Shown in pieces: positions 17,085 through 27,093 of a stretch of DNA of 64,000 bases. The notes below the pieces were generated by a model, which made no database searches, was not told the origin of the DNA, and saw only the letters and a list, made by a program, of their open reading frames with translations. The translations under genes were made by a program, and so were the position numbers. Source of the DNA: Caulobacteraceae bacterium (lineage in GTDB: Bacteria; Pseudomonadota; Alphaproteobacteria; Caulobacterales; Caulobacteraceae); contig JBIIZD010000002.1 of assembly GCA_044346445.1 (NCBI GenBank), positions 549 through 64,548 of the forward strand. The letters are read 5' to 3'. Each line of letters begins with the position of its first letter. The first letter of the stretch is position 1.

Positions 17085-20000
17085 ATGTCGAACTTCAAAC
17101 CATCTGACAGGACGGCCCTGAGGGGACGTCTTCTGAGCGGCGCCAGCGCCGTCATACTCGCATCCATGATTGCCGGTGGCGCCCATGCGGCGACATCGAC
17201 CGTAACCAATACGCCAGATATCTATGTCGGTACGGCCGCCAGCATTCAGGACATTACGGTCCTTTCGGCCATCACATCTGGCCTGACCAGCTCGACCACC
17301 AACCAGTCGAACTATTATGCCGTAACCGATACGGTCAATTCGACGACCAACAGCGTGTCCAATACGGGCGGCCTGACCAGCACCTCGGCAGCCGTGACCA
17401 GCGCGACCTTGTCCGCTAGCGCCTTGGCCAACACCTATACCACGGCCATTGACCTGACCTTGATCAGCGGCACCAATGGCGAAAGCATCCAGTCCACGAG
17501 CCTGCAGAACAACGCCTTTATCGAAACCGCAGGCGCCTCCAGCACCGCGGCCGCGACCTTCGGTGATACCGGCAAGATTACCACTACGGTCGGCTCCAAT
17601 GATATATCGATGGCTGTGAATGGGAACATTACCAGCTCGACCGTAACCAATAGCTCCAGCAGCCTGAGCGCCGCCACCACGGTGAACAGCCTGACCACGA
17701 CCGTCAGCGGCACGGTGCCGAATGCCTATCAAGGCACATCGACCGGCGGCATTGTTTCCCTAAATGCCGATACGCTTGTCCCTGCGACCAGCGGCACGAC
17801 CTCGCTGCTTCAGGCGGACATTGTCGTCAATAATGTGCAGCTTGATAGCAGCTATGACGGCGACTCCTCGGCAACCGTGTCGAGCAACGACATCACCACC
17901 AGCCTGCTCGCAACGAGCCTGATCGCAACGCCAACGGCTACCCAGACCGGCAGCATTGCCACCAGCAGCAATACGGTTGCGGCAACCTTTAAGGCCAATA
18001 AGGACATTAGCGCCGTCAGCCTCACGGCCGGTTCCTCGCCAAGCTTTGCCGGTACGATCGCCTTGGCCAATGTTCAGGGCTTTTCTGGCAATCAGACCGA
18101 TGCGGCCGCTACCAACTCCAGCACAACGATCGGTTCAGAGGTCGATACAACCTCTGCCTTGACCTCGGCCTCAATCCTGACCGGTAATGCCGATGTCAAG
18201 TCCAACACCATCAGCGCCACCGCGACCGGCAATGAATCGCTTGGCGCGACCACGGGCACCTATGGTCAGTCGATCATCCTTGGCGACGGCTTGAACTATA
18301 ATGGCTCGGCAACGGGCACTTCGGCAACGGTGTCGTCGGCTCGGGTCATTGCCGCCGTCACCGATCTGGCCATTGGCAGCAGCCAGGCGCTTGACGGTGA
18401 TAACACCCCTGCCGGTACAGCCTTATTGAAGGCCACCACAACCGGTGCCACGATTAGCGATCTGGTCCAGACCCTGACCAGTGGCTCCATGGCGGTTTCG
18501 AGCAATACCGTCCTGTCCACCGTCACGGGCAATGCGGCCTCCAGCGCCATCCTGACCGGAACCGGCGCAGCCAGCTTTGATGGCACCGCGGCCATTGTCG
18601 GCGTTCAATATGCCAATGACATGGCCACCAGCGCGGTCACGACCGGCACCGATATCAATGCTTCGGTCGATAGCTCGGCCGGCACGGCAGGCAATGCGAC
18701 TGACAGCTCTGTAACCATCCAGTCCAACCGGATTGGTGCGACTGCCTATACCAATAAATTGTCCCAGACGGCCAGCCTGGCCGCCACGGACATTGCCCTC
18801 AATACGACCGGAACAACGGCAGCTGAGCTAACCTTCATAACGGCTGCCGGCATTAGCAGCGTTTCTCCCTTGTCCGTCATTAGTGACCAGGAAAGCGTTG
18901 CTGCAACCACCACGGCGACCAACACCACAGGCAGCATTGCCTTGCTGGCCGCCGGCGCGGGCAATCAGTCCGGCGATACCTTCCTGGTTGGCAGCAATAC
19001 GATGGATGCCAATGCGATCGGCAGCAGCGCAAGCAATGCCCTGACCTTGGCAGGTGTTACCGTCGGAACCGGCGGCCTGATTTTCAGTAATCAAAGCACC
19101 ACCGGCACCTCCACGGTTACGGCTACTGAATCCGGTTCAGCCACCTTGATCGTTTCCGGAGCCCTCATTGCGGGCTCGTCGGGCTCGGTGTCGGACAATG
19201 TCGAGCGCGCTCTGGGCTATGGCGGAACGGTCGATAATACCATGTCGATCACGGCTAATACTGTGACGCCGGTTGAGACTGTTACCTCCACGACCACGGG
19301 CTCGACCACGACCTATGCCCTTGATACCCCGTCGGTATTGGCCTCCGGTCAAACGACGATTAATGCAAGCTACGCGATTGGCAATAACCAAACCTTAGCC
19401 TCCAATGTCTTAGCCGCAACAGCGCCGCTCTCGCTCAGCCCGACGTTTGGCATTGACGTCGTAGGTGCTGTGTCTGACAGCAGCCTGGCCAATGACCGCA
19501 ATTCGATCGTCGCTGCCGGCTTTGGCAATCAGGCGTCCAATGCGGCAACCCTGGCCATTGGCACGACGGCAACGGCAACCAGCGTCGTCACCGACTATGC
19601 CAACCTGGCCAGTGTCAATAATAACCAGGCGACAACGGGCAATGTCACATCCACCGTGACCCCCAACGTAGCGGCCCTCGTCTATACCTTGGCTGAAAGC
19701 ACCGTAACGGACGCGGCCCTGACGGCTTCTGAAAACGCCGTCTATGCTCAGTCCACGGGCAACCGCGCGGTCAGCAATAGCCTGACGGTTACCGCAACCA
19801 GCCTGTCGCTTTATGATAATGGCGTATCGACTGCCGGTATGACTGCTGGCCAATCCTACTATAACGGCTCGAACGCCGCCTCCCAGGCAGCCTTGACCGT
19901 GCAAAATCTGCAGACCAATACGGGCGGTACCAATGCGTCCACGATTGCTGCTGCTTCTGAGGCCGTCGCTATAGACGTGACCGCCGCGGTAAATACCTCG

Positions 20001-22568
20001 TCGATCTTGGCCTTGAGCAATACTGAAACGGCGGCAACAACGGCCAATCTATCGGCAAACAAGCTGGCCTTGACCGCCGATACGGTTCGCACAACGGCGG
20101 CCGTGCAGAACGTGCAAACCAGCTCGGCGACCAATACGGCCTCTACCGGCACCTCGACCAGTGCCTATACGGGGACAAGCCTGACCCTCTCCAGCACGGT
20201 TGATGACAGCACGGTCAAGATTGGTAGCAATATGGCGACGGCCTCGGCCCTCGGCGATGTCGCCACCAACACCCTGGCCATCAGCGCGGTCAATGTTACC
20301 GGCGACGGTAGCACCGGTACCGCTACGGCTTCTAACTCCGGCACGATCTTGACCAAGGCTGATTTCGGCCTCATCAGCACCCAGTCTGGCACCGGTAGCA
20401 ATACTGCAAATGTCTTTGATACTAATTCTATCTCGACCGGTGCAGCGACCAATTCGACCATTGTCCTATTGTCCAATGGCAATACGGCCGAGGCGGTTGA
20501 TGGCCGTGCGACCAATAGCCTTACCCTGGCAGCGACCAGCCTGACCTCGAACACGACTGGCCTGACCAACTACCAAGAATCGGCCGGTACCATGGCCGCG
20601 ACGGGGAACACGATCAATCTTGCGACTGTGTCGTCTTCGCTCGATACCAGCTCGGCGCGCGTCGAAAGCAATTACGGTACCGGCTCCAGCCTTGCCAATG
20701 TGGCAACGAATGCCATTACTGTAACGGCGACCGATGTGACCGGTAATAGCTCTGTTGCGACTGGCCAAAATACCAGCGCAGCCGCAGACATGGCCATGTA
20801 TAATGGTCAAGCTGCAACCGGCACCAGCACAACCAATGTTACGGAAGTGTTCAAGGTAGCCGCTGGAGCAGCCGTTACGGACTCCTCCATCACTGTGCTG
20901 TCCAACAGCTCGATTGGTGAGGCTCTTGGCAACCGGGCAACCAATACGCTCGGCCTGACCGCGACCAGCATCTCCAATAACAGTATGGCGCTTGCCAATA
21001 CGCAATCCAGCACGGGCTCTGGCGCGGGCTCTACCGTGACCGGAACAGCCTTGGCTGCGATTACGGCCAACATTGACACCAGCACCATCAAGGTCGGTAG
21101 CAATTATACGGCCAGTGCCTCGACCAATAATACCGCGACCAATAGCTTGAGTGTTGTGGCTACGGATCTGGGTGGCTCTACCGCCTCCAGCACCCGCGCC
21201 GTTGCGGGCAATTCGAACACGGCTGTTGCCGATTATGCGCTGAATAATGACCAGTCTTCGGGCTCGTCTGCGGCTTCTGATGCAACCGCAACCGGCACCT
21301 ATTCGATTACCCAAACCCTGGCGAACACGATTGCCAGCTCTACGCTTGAAGTCTCCAGCAACATCCAGACGGCCACGGCCCTGTCTAATGTCGGCGTCAA
21401 TAGCCTGGTCATGACAGGAACCGCGATCTCTTCCCCGACCACGTCAGCGACCGGTACAACGGCCGCAGTGGCGTCTAAGCAAGAGGGCTATGGCGGGGTG
21501 ACGGCGAGCTCGACCATGACGGTGGCAACACCTGCTGAGTCTGCCGACTCCAGCATCAAGATGTCGAGCAACTCCAACTCGGCCCTGGCCAGCGTCAATA
21601 CGGCGACCAATTCCTTGTTCGCCAGCGCTACGGACCTGGGTACAACGGCTTCTGCCAGCTCTAGCTTGCTGGGTTATGCCACGGATACTGTGGCCAATGG
21701 CTCTTCGGCAGTCTTTAACGCGCAGACAAGCCTAGCCGGTACCACCTCGGCCAATGCGACCAGCACACTCGGCAATTCCGATGCTGGGACCTTGGGTCTC
21801 GATACCGGTACAGTCTTGATCATCGGCAATACAACGGCGGCTGACTCTTCGGCTAACCGTTCGTCCAACACCCTGGTCTTGAACGGCAGTGCCACCCAGT
21901 ATGCTACGGGTGCTATTGGTAACGTCCAGGACTCGGCAACGACGGTCTTGGCCTATGCCTCAACCGCCGCGACCTATGCCTTGGATGGTGCGACCTCGGT
22001 CTCACCGGCCCTGACCTCGGGTACAGTCGCTGTGACGGGTAACTCCACCACGTCACTGGCCCGCGGCAATAGTGCCAGCAATAGCCTGACCTCGATTGCT
22101 TCTGGGACCTATGGCGATCTGGGTGCATCCTCGACCAGCACCGGCACGCCTAGCGTAACCGCCACGTTTGCCGTGCTGAACGATCAGGCCAATACCGGCT
22201 CGGTCACCGCCAATGCCTCTAACCTGGCAGGTACGGCGACCAGCTATTCGGCAACGTCTGGCCTTGCTTCGACCGACGTGATCACGGACAGCTCTGTCAG
22301 TGTCTCGAACAATGTCGTCACGGCTGCGGCCTATGGCAATGCTGCCAGCAACCGTATCACCTTGGCCTCCCTCAATTCGGGAACCCCTTCCAGTGCTGTG
22401 CTGAGCAATCAGAACAACAGTGGCGCGGTTACGGCCAATGCGTTCGGAACCACAATGTCTATCAATACCACAGCCATTATCGATACGAGCCGTCTGCTCC
22501 TCAACGGGAACACGATCAGCTCCACGGCAGTTGGCAACAGCGGTTCGACCGTCATTACGGGCCAATAA
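17085..22568 (+). CDS. giant secreted Thr/Ser/Ala/Asn-rich beta-strand repeat protein (putative surface fibre/adhesin)
   Basis: 1,827 aa. Sec-type signal (..ILASMIAGGAHA/AT). No Cys or Trp, and its only His lies in the signal peptide, with very few charged residues. About 20 degenerate modules share the core (D/S)S(S/T)(I/V)x(V/L)xSNxxxAxAxGNxAxNxLxxxAT. No GGxGxD repeats and no C-terminal barrel-like segment. Confidence 0.8.
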   Translation: MSNFKPSDRTALRGRLLSGASAVILASMIAGGAHAATSTVTNTPDIYVGTAASIQDITVLSAITSGLTSSTTNQSNYYAVTDTVNSTTNSVSNTGGLTSTSAAVTSATLSASALANTYTTAIDLTLISGTNGESIQSTSLQNNAFIETAGASSTAAATFGDTGKITTTVGSNDISMAVNGNITSSTVTNSSSSLSAATTVNSLTTTVSGTVPNAYQGTSTGGIVSLNADTLVPATSGTTSLLQADIVVNNVQLDSSYDGDSSATVSSNDITTSLLATSLIATPTATQTGSIATSSNTVAATFKANKDISAVSLTAGSSPSFAGTIALANVQGFSGNQTDAAATNSSTTIGSEVDTTSALTSASILTGNADVKSNTISATATGNESLGATTGTYGQSIILGDGLNYNGSATGTSATVSSARVIAAVTDLAIGSSQALDGDNTPAGTALLKATTTGATISDLVQTLTSGSMAVSSNTVLSTVTGNAASSAILTGTGAASFDGTAAIVGVQYANDMATSAVTTGTDINASVDSSAGTAGNATDSSVTIQSNRIGATAYTNKLSQTASLAATDIALNTTGTTAAELTFITAAGISSVSPLSVISDQESVAATTTATNTTGSIALLAAGAGNQSGDTFLVGSNTMDANAIGSSASNALTLAGVTVGTGGLIFSNQSTTGTSTVTATESGSATLIVSGALIAGSSGSVSDNVERALGYGGTVDNTMSITANTVTPVETVTSTTTGSTTTYALDTPSVLASGQTTINASYAIGNNQTLASNVLAATAPLSLSPTFGIDVVGAVSDSSLANDRNSIVAAGFGNQASNAATLAIGTTATATSVVTDYANLASVNNNQATTGNVTSTVTPNVAALVYTLAESTVTDAALTASENAVYAQSTGNRAVSNSLTVTATSLSLYDNGVSTAGMTAGQSYYNGSNAASQAALTVQNLQTNTGGTNASTIAAASEAVAIDVTAAVNTSSILALSNTETAATTANLSANKLALTADTVRTTAAVQNVQTSSATNTASTGTSTSAYTGTSLTLSSTVDDSTVKIGSNMATASALGDVATNTLAISAVNVTGDGSTGTATASNSGTILTKADFGLISTQSGTGSNTANVFDTNSISTGAATNSTIVLLSNGNTAEAVDGRATNSLTLAATSLTSNTTGLTNYQESAGTMAATGNTINLATVSSSLDTSSARVESNYGTGSSLANVATNAITVTATDVTGNSSVATGQNTSAAADMAMYNGQAATGTSTTNVTEVFKVAAGAAVTDSSITVLSNSSIGEALGNRATNTLGLTATSISNNSMALANTQSSTGSGAGSTVTGTALAAITANIDTSTIKVGSNYTASASTNNTATNSLSVVATDLGGSTASSTRAVAGNSNTAVADYALNNDQSSGSSAASDATATGTYSITQTLANTIASSTLEVSSNIQTATALSNVGVNSLVMTGTAISSPTTSATGTTAAVASKQEGYGGVTASSTMTVATPAESADSSIKMSSNSNSALASVNTATNSLFASATDLGTTASASSSLLGYATDTVANGSSAVFNAQTSLAGTTSANATSTLGNSDAGTLGLDTGTVLIIGNTTAADSSANRSSNTLVLNGSATQYATGAIGNVQDSATTVLAYASTAATYALDGATSVSPALTSGTVAVTGNSTTSLARGNSASNSLTSIASGTYGDLGASSTSTGTPSVTATFAVLNDQANTGSVTANASNLAGTATSYSATSGLASTDVITDSSVSVSNNVVTAAAYGNAASNRITLASLNSGTPSSAVLSNQNNSGAVTANAFGTTMSINTTAIIDTSRLLLNGNTISSTAVGNSGSTVITGQ

Positions 22569-22630
22569 GCCCAATACGGCTTGGGGCGGGCCTAGCTCGC
22601 CTCGGGTCGGACGGTTTGACCAAAAAAGAA

Positions 22631-22659
22631 AAGGCCGCCAGGAAACTGGCGGCCTTTTT
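22631..22659. terminator. bidirectional rho-independent terminator between convergent genes
   Basis: aaggccgccag-gaaa-ctggcggcctt: a perfect 11-bp stem with a GAAA loop, an A-rich tract upstream and a T tract downstream. Confidence 0.85.
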
Positions 22660-22683
22660 ACTATGGGATGTGAAGGGGGCGGT

Positions 22684-24021
22684 TCAGGGGGCGGCGTGTC
22701 TCAGTTCCAGGCCGCGCATATGCCGCCGCTGAAAGCCCTTCCAGACGGTCGACCCATCCTTGGCCGTGCTATAGGCGTCATAGGCCGACACCTGGTCATA
22801 GGGCCAGACCCCGTCATCCGACACCACGTTGGGCACATCCAGATAGCTGTTCATCTGCGCATCGCCCTTGACCTTCAGATCAAGAAAGGCGGTGATAAAG
22901 TGCAGATTGATCGCATTGATGCGGTCTGTGCGCCAAATCGGATCGTCAAACCAGTCCTTGTCCCAGAGCCGGTTTTGCATCTCGGCGGGGGCGGGGCTAA
23001 GGCCCAAGGCATGGCCTGCCTCGCGGAAGGTCAGCAAATAGCGGTCCGAGTGAATGGCCTGCTGAAACATGGTCAGGGCCCCGGTTTCGTAATTCACCGT
23101 CGGGTCGCGGTCGCCGGAAATAAGCAGGACCGGCGCCGTCATATCGGCCAGGCCCTCACTATTCCATGCCGCCAGGGCACCGCCGCCCGCAGGGGCTATG
23201 GCGACCACGGCCTTTAGGCCGGCAACCTTGATCTCGCCGGCCTTGGCCGCTCCGCGCGCATAGGGCAGCAAGGCCCCGCCGGGAATAAAGCCCATGGCCG
23301 GACCCTTGGGATCGAGTGTCGCGCCGCCCGATGTCATGACGCCATAACCGCCCATGGAATAGCCAATCAAGGCCACGCGGCTGGGGTCAATCTGGGCACC
23401 GAGGCTGGCTTGCAGGCTGCGGGCGGTAAAGCCGATATCGATGGGCCTGCGCAAGGTGGGTATGGCGCGGCTGACCGCATCAGTGCGATCAGGGTCTGGG
23501 TCTTCGTGATGAATCGCCGCGACCACATAGCCCTTGGAGGCCAGATTCTCGGTCAACCAGGTCATGGCGGCGGGATGGTTGCTATAGCCGTGCGAGACAA
23601 TCACCAGCGGATAGCCACCGCGATTGGCCGCAGCATCGCGCACGGCAAGGCCCGGAAAACTAAAGGCAGCCGGGGGCAGGGGCGGCTCACCGCGAAACAC
23701 GGCCCGATAGGTTTCTGGCTGGGCATCAGCGGCCGGGCTGGCCGGATACCAGATATCCACCAGCAGGGTGCGGTCCTTCAGATTAGCCCGGCCGGTCTTG
23801 GGATTGATATCCAGAATATTGGCCTGCTTGGGCTGGACCAGGGTCAGGGTGCGCACACCGACCGCAAAGCGGCCAAGGGCTGCCAGTTGCGGCGCATCGA
23901 CACCGGGCCGACTGGGTACAGTCTGGCCTTGTGTCTGGGCCTGGGCCTGCGCGGCGACGAGCCCAGCGCTCAGGGGTGTGGTCAGGACCATGGCGGCCAT
24001 GACAATGGGTCTAAGCTTCAT
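22684..24021 (-). CDS. secreted alpha/beta hydrolase (dienelactone hydrolase / PAF-acetylhydrolase-like)
   Basis: 445 aa. Signal peptide ending AAQAQAQ. Nucleophile elbow GYSMGGYG. Confidence 0.7.
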   Translation of the reverse strand: MKLRPIVMAAMVLTTPLSAGLVAAQAQAQTQGQTVPSRPGVDAPQLAALGRFAVGVRTLTLVQPKQANILDINPKTGRANLKDRTLLVDIWYPASPAADAQPETYRAVFRGEPPLPPAAFSFPGLAVRDAAANRGGYPLVIVSHGYSNHPAAMTWLTENLASKGYVVAAIHHEDPDPDRTDAVSRAIPTLRRPIDIGFTARSLQASLGAQIDPSRVALIGYSMGGYGVMTSGGATLDPKGPAMGFIPGGALLPYARGAAKAGEIKVAGLKAVVAIAPAGGGALAAWNSEGLADMTAPVLLISGDRDPTVNYETGALTMFQQAIHSDRYLLTFREAGHALGLSPAPAEMQNRLWDKDWFDDPIWRTDRINAINLHFITAFLDLKVKGDAQMNSYLDVPNVVSDDGVWPYDQVSAYDAYSTAKDGSTVWKGFQRRHMRGLELRHAAP

Positions 24022-24546
24022 TCAATTTCCTCACCTGGTTTTGGTCATTCTTGGGTTTTGTGACGGTTTAGGCCTGGGCGACCTGGCTGTGACTGACCAC
24101 ATCGCCTTCATCAAGCTCGCCCAGTGCATCAATATTGCCTCAGATCTAGAAAATCGTAGGTCAGATCAGAGACATGTCCAGCGCATGCACTAGATTTAGC
24201 AACTCGCGCCTATTCAAAAATGTCATGGCACTCTATGAACGGGTATCAATTCGAGACGTTCTGATGGCGAAAACATCTCCAACACGGCATTTTGTCCGGT
24301 TAGATGCTGCTAAAACCTTATACAAACCCACGGATATTGGCCTTAAAGTCTCAGTGCGAATATGTTTGTTGTTGAATGGTGAAATTAAATTAACCGAACT
24401 GATAATTTTAGTGAATTGAAGCCGGGGTGGTCCCTGAACACCTTACCAAGGTAGTACGCGTTCTTTGGGGGGCGGTGCGTATGCTGACTCCAATCCAGAC
24501 AACAGATCTGGGCCCAAAGGAAACGCTCATATTCAGGGGATGCTTG

Positions 24547-27012
24547 ATGAAGAAAAACTGGAAACTTTCAACCGCTGCGGTCGCCTTGTCGATCTTTGGC
24601 GCAGGTATGACTGGCGCCCAGGCGCAAGAGGCGGCCACGGCTGCGGCCAAGACTAATGACACGGCTATTCAAGACGTCGTGATTACGGCCTCGCGCCGTG
24701 AAGAAAAGATGCAGGATGTGCCCATCGCCGTTCAGGCCTTGGGTGCCAAAAGCTTGCAAGAGCTTGGCATTACCGACTTTTCAAAACTGTTGACCTATCT
24801 GCCCGACGTGCATGCGGCCGGTCGCGGTCCTGGACAGAATACGGTCTATATTCGCGGTCTGTCCACGGACACAGCCTCGATCCTGATTGCAGGCGCAGCC
24901 GGAACCAATCCGAACGTGGCCATCTATCTTGATGACGTGGCCGTCTCGATGCCAGCGCGCAATCTGGACGTCTATGCAGCCGATCTGGAGCGCGTTGAAG
25001 TTCTTAAGGGCCCACAAGGCACCTTGTTTGGCGCAAGCGCCATGGGCGGCGCTGTGCGTTACATCACCGCAAAGCCAGACCTGCGTGAATTCCATGCCGG
25101 AATGAAGATGAGCTATGCCCAGACCAAGAGCGGTGACGACAGCGTCTCGGCCCAAGGTTATGTCAATATCCCCATCATTGCCGATAAGTTCGCAATCCGC
25201 GCGGTTGTCTATAATGACAATAGGGGCGGCTATATCGACAATATCGCTGCCACCTATCAGATGCCAGCCAATAGCCCAGGCTTTAAGTCCAATGATGGCA
25301 ATTATGGTTCCAATGTGAGCCGACCCATTGTTGACAATGCCACGGTCGCCAAAAAGAACTTCAATACGACCAATTATCGCGGCGTTCGCCTGTCGGCCAA
25401 GCTTCAGATCAATGATGACTGGTCTGTCGAGGTCCAAAATGCCGCTCAGGTCCTGAAGACCGAAGGCGTGTTCGATTACGATCCAACCTTGCCAGATTTG
25501 CAGGTCAAGCGTTTCAATCCTGACAATCTTCAGGACAAGGGCAATGTTGCGTCCTGGACGGTCAATGGTCGTCTGGGCCAGTTGGACCTTCTGTATACGG
25601 GCGGTTATGTTGAGCGTCGTTCGGTTCAAAATACCGACTATACCGGCTATTCTTCATCCGGCGGTTATGCGGTTTATTACAACTGCGACTATGGCGCTAG
25701 CAATGCAGGGTCAGGTGCGGTCTGTCATAACCCAAAGAACCATGTCCATAATGACACCCGCAATACACGCTTTACCGAAGAATTCCGGGTTTCGACCCCT
25801 TCGGACTGGCGTCTGCGGGCCATTGGCGGCGTCTATTATGATCAGAACCATGTCTATGATCAGGACCATTTTGCTTATGAAGGTTCTGTCGATTCAGGTT
25901 TTAATGGCCCGAACCAACCGCTTTCCTATGCCACAGCAATCAATCGCAACATCACCGATCCGGCTGTTCAGTTTGTGAATGATATCACCCGCTCGGACCG
26001 CCAGATCGCGGTGTTTGGTGAAGTGGCCTATGATCTTATTCCAGAAAAACTGACCTTGACCGTTGGCGCACGCTATTATGACCAACAAGTCGAGATCAAG
26101 GGCGGCGCAAGCTATGGTGCCCGCGATTGGAGTCCGAGCTATAATCAGGCCGGCGATCACGGTATCTCCTTGGAAGCCACGCGTCCTCGGACCGAAAAGG
26201 GTATCATCCCCAAGGTCAATCTGACCTATAAGCCTGCGCCTGGCCTCATGGTCTATGCGACCTATTCAGAAGGCTTCCGTCCCGGCGGCTTTAACCGCGG
26301 CGGCGGTAATGTGAACTCGCAAACCGGGTTTGTTGTGCCAATCGGCTACAATACGGACACGGTCAAGAATTATGAGTTGGGCTGGAAGACCCAGTGGCTG
26401 GACAATACGCTCCAGATCAATGGTGCGGCCTATGTGATCGATTGGAAGGACATTCAGTCCCAAATCTATCGTCCACGGGACTCCTTCCTGACCTTTGTGC
26501 AGAACGCAGCCGATGCGCGCATCAAGGGCGTTGAAGGCAATGTGATCTGGCGCGGTATTCCGGGCCTGACCATCAGCAGCGCCTTTACCTATACCCACAG
26601 CGAGTTGACGCGAGTGAATGAGGGCGTTGCCAATCTGCGTCCTATCGGTAGCCAGCTGGCCCTGACCCCTGAACTTCAGGGCAATATCATGGCCCGTTAT
26701 GAGCGTGACTTTGTCCAAGGCTCGACCGTCTATGGTCAGGTCGGCGCGCAAGCGGCTGGCCGGATGCTGTCGACAATCGACCGCGGCGCGGACTTCAATG
26801 GCAATCCGCTCACGGGCGATTACCACCTGAAGGCCTACCAGACTGTTGATGCCGCAATTGGCGTCAATAAGGACAACTGGAATGTCGAACTCTATGGCGA
26901 CAACCTGACCGATACGCGGGCGCAGCTTTATGCCAATGCCTCGGACCGGACCCTTCGGATTACCACAAACCGTCCAACGACGGTCGGTGTCCGGGTTGCC
27001 GTAAAGTACTAA
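24547..27012 (+). CDS. TonB-dependent receptor
   Basis: Start taken at MKKNWKLSTAAVALSIFGAGMTGAQA (ATG 24547, AGGGGA 9 nt upstream). Plug-domain motifs (VVITASRREEKMQDVPIAV, RVEVLKGPQGTLFG). C-terminal beta-barrel ending ..VRVAVKY. Confidence 0.9.
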   Translation: MKKNWKLSTAAVALSIFGAGMTGAQAQEAATAAAKTNDTAIQDVVITASRREEKMQDVPIAVQALGAKSLQELGITDFSKLLTYLPDVHAAGRGPGQNTVYIRGLSTDTASILIAGAAGTNPNVAIYLDDVAVSMPARNLDVYAADLERVEVLKGPQGTLFGASAMGGAVRYITAKPDLREFHAGMKMSYAQTKSGDDSVSAQGYVNIPIIADKFAIRAVVYNDNRGGYIDNIAATYQMPANSPGFKSNDGNYGSNVSRPIVDNATVAKKNFNTTNYRGVRLSAKLQINDDWSVEVQNAAQVLKTEGVFDYDPTLPDLQVKRFNPDNLQDKGNVASWTVNGRLGQLDLLYTGGYVERRSVQNTDYTGYSSSGGYAVYYNCDYGASNAGSGAVCHNPKNHVHNDTRNTRFTEEFRVSTPSDWRLRAIGGVYYDQNHVYDQDHFAYEGSVDSGFNGPNQPLSYATAINRNITDPAVQFVNDITRSDRQIAVFGEVAYDLIPEKLTLTVGARYYDQQVEIKGGASYGARDWSPSYNQAGDHGISLEATRPRTEKGIIPKVNLTYKPAPGLMVYATYSEGFRPGGFNRGGGNVNSQTGFVVPIGYNTDTVKNYELGWKTQWLDNTLQINGAAYVIDWKDIQSQIYRPRDSFLTFVQNAADARIKGVEGNVIWRGIPGLTISSAFTYTHSELTRVNEGVANLRPIGSQLALTPELQGNIMARYERDFVQGSTVYGQVGAQAAGRMLSTIDRGADFNGNPLTGDYHLKAYQTVDAAIGVNKDNWNVELYGDNLTDTRAQLYANASDRTLRITTNRPTTVGVRVAVKY

Positions 27013-27093
27013 TCAATAAGCCAGAACTTGGGCGGGGAGGGCACTCATGCCCTTCCCGCCTTGTTCTATTGGACCTGTGACCGGAGACACACC

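Noticed and set aside
17085-22568. The giant repeat protein as an RTX/T1SS substrate or classical autotransporter
   Set aside because: It has no GGxGxD nonapeptides and does have a cleavable N-terminal Sec signal. Its C-terminus (..STVITGQ) lacks a beta-barrel-like domain or a terminal aromatic residue. The T1SS operon is 20 kb away.
13786-22568. The hfa-like / giant-protein region as a prophage or integrative island
   Set aside because: There are no integrase, tRNA or phage genes, and coding GC looks native. Only the intergenic spacers are AT-rich.
24174-24419. 81-aa ORF in the AT-rich region upstream of the TonB-dependent receptor
   Set aside because: It has no Shine-Dalgarno sequence, odd composition and no recognisable domain. 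The region looks like a promoter/regulatory spacer between divergent genes.
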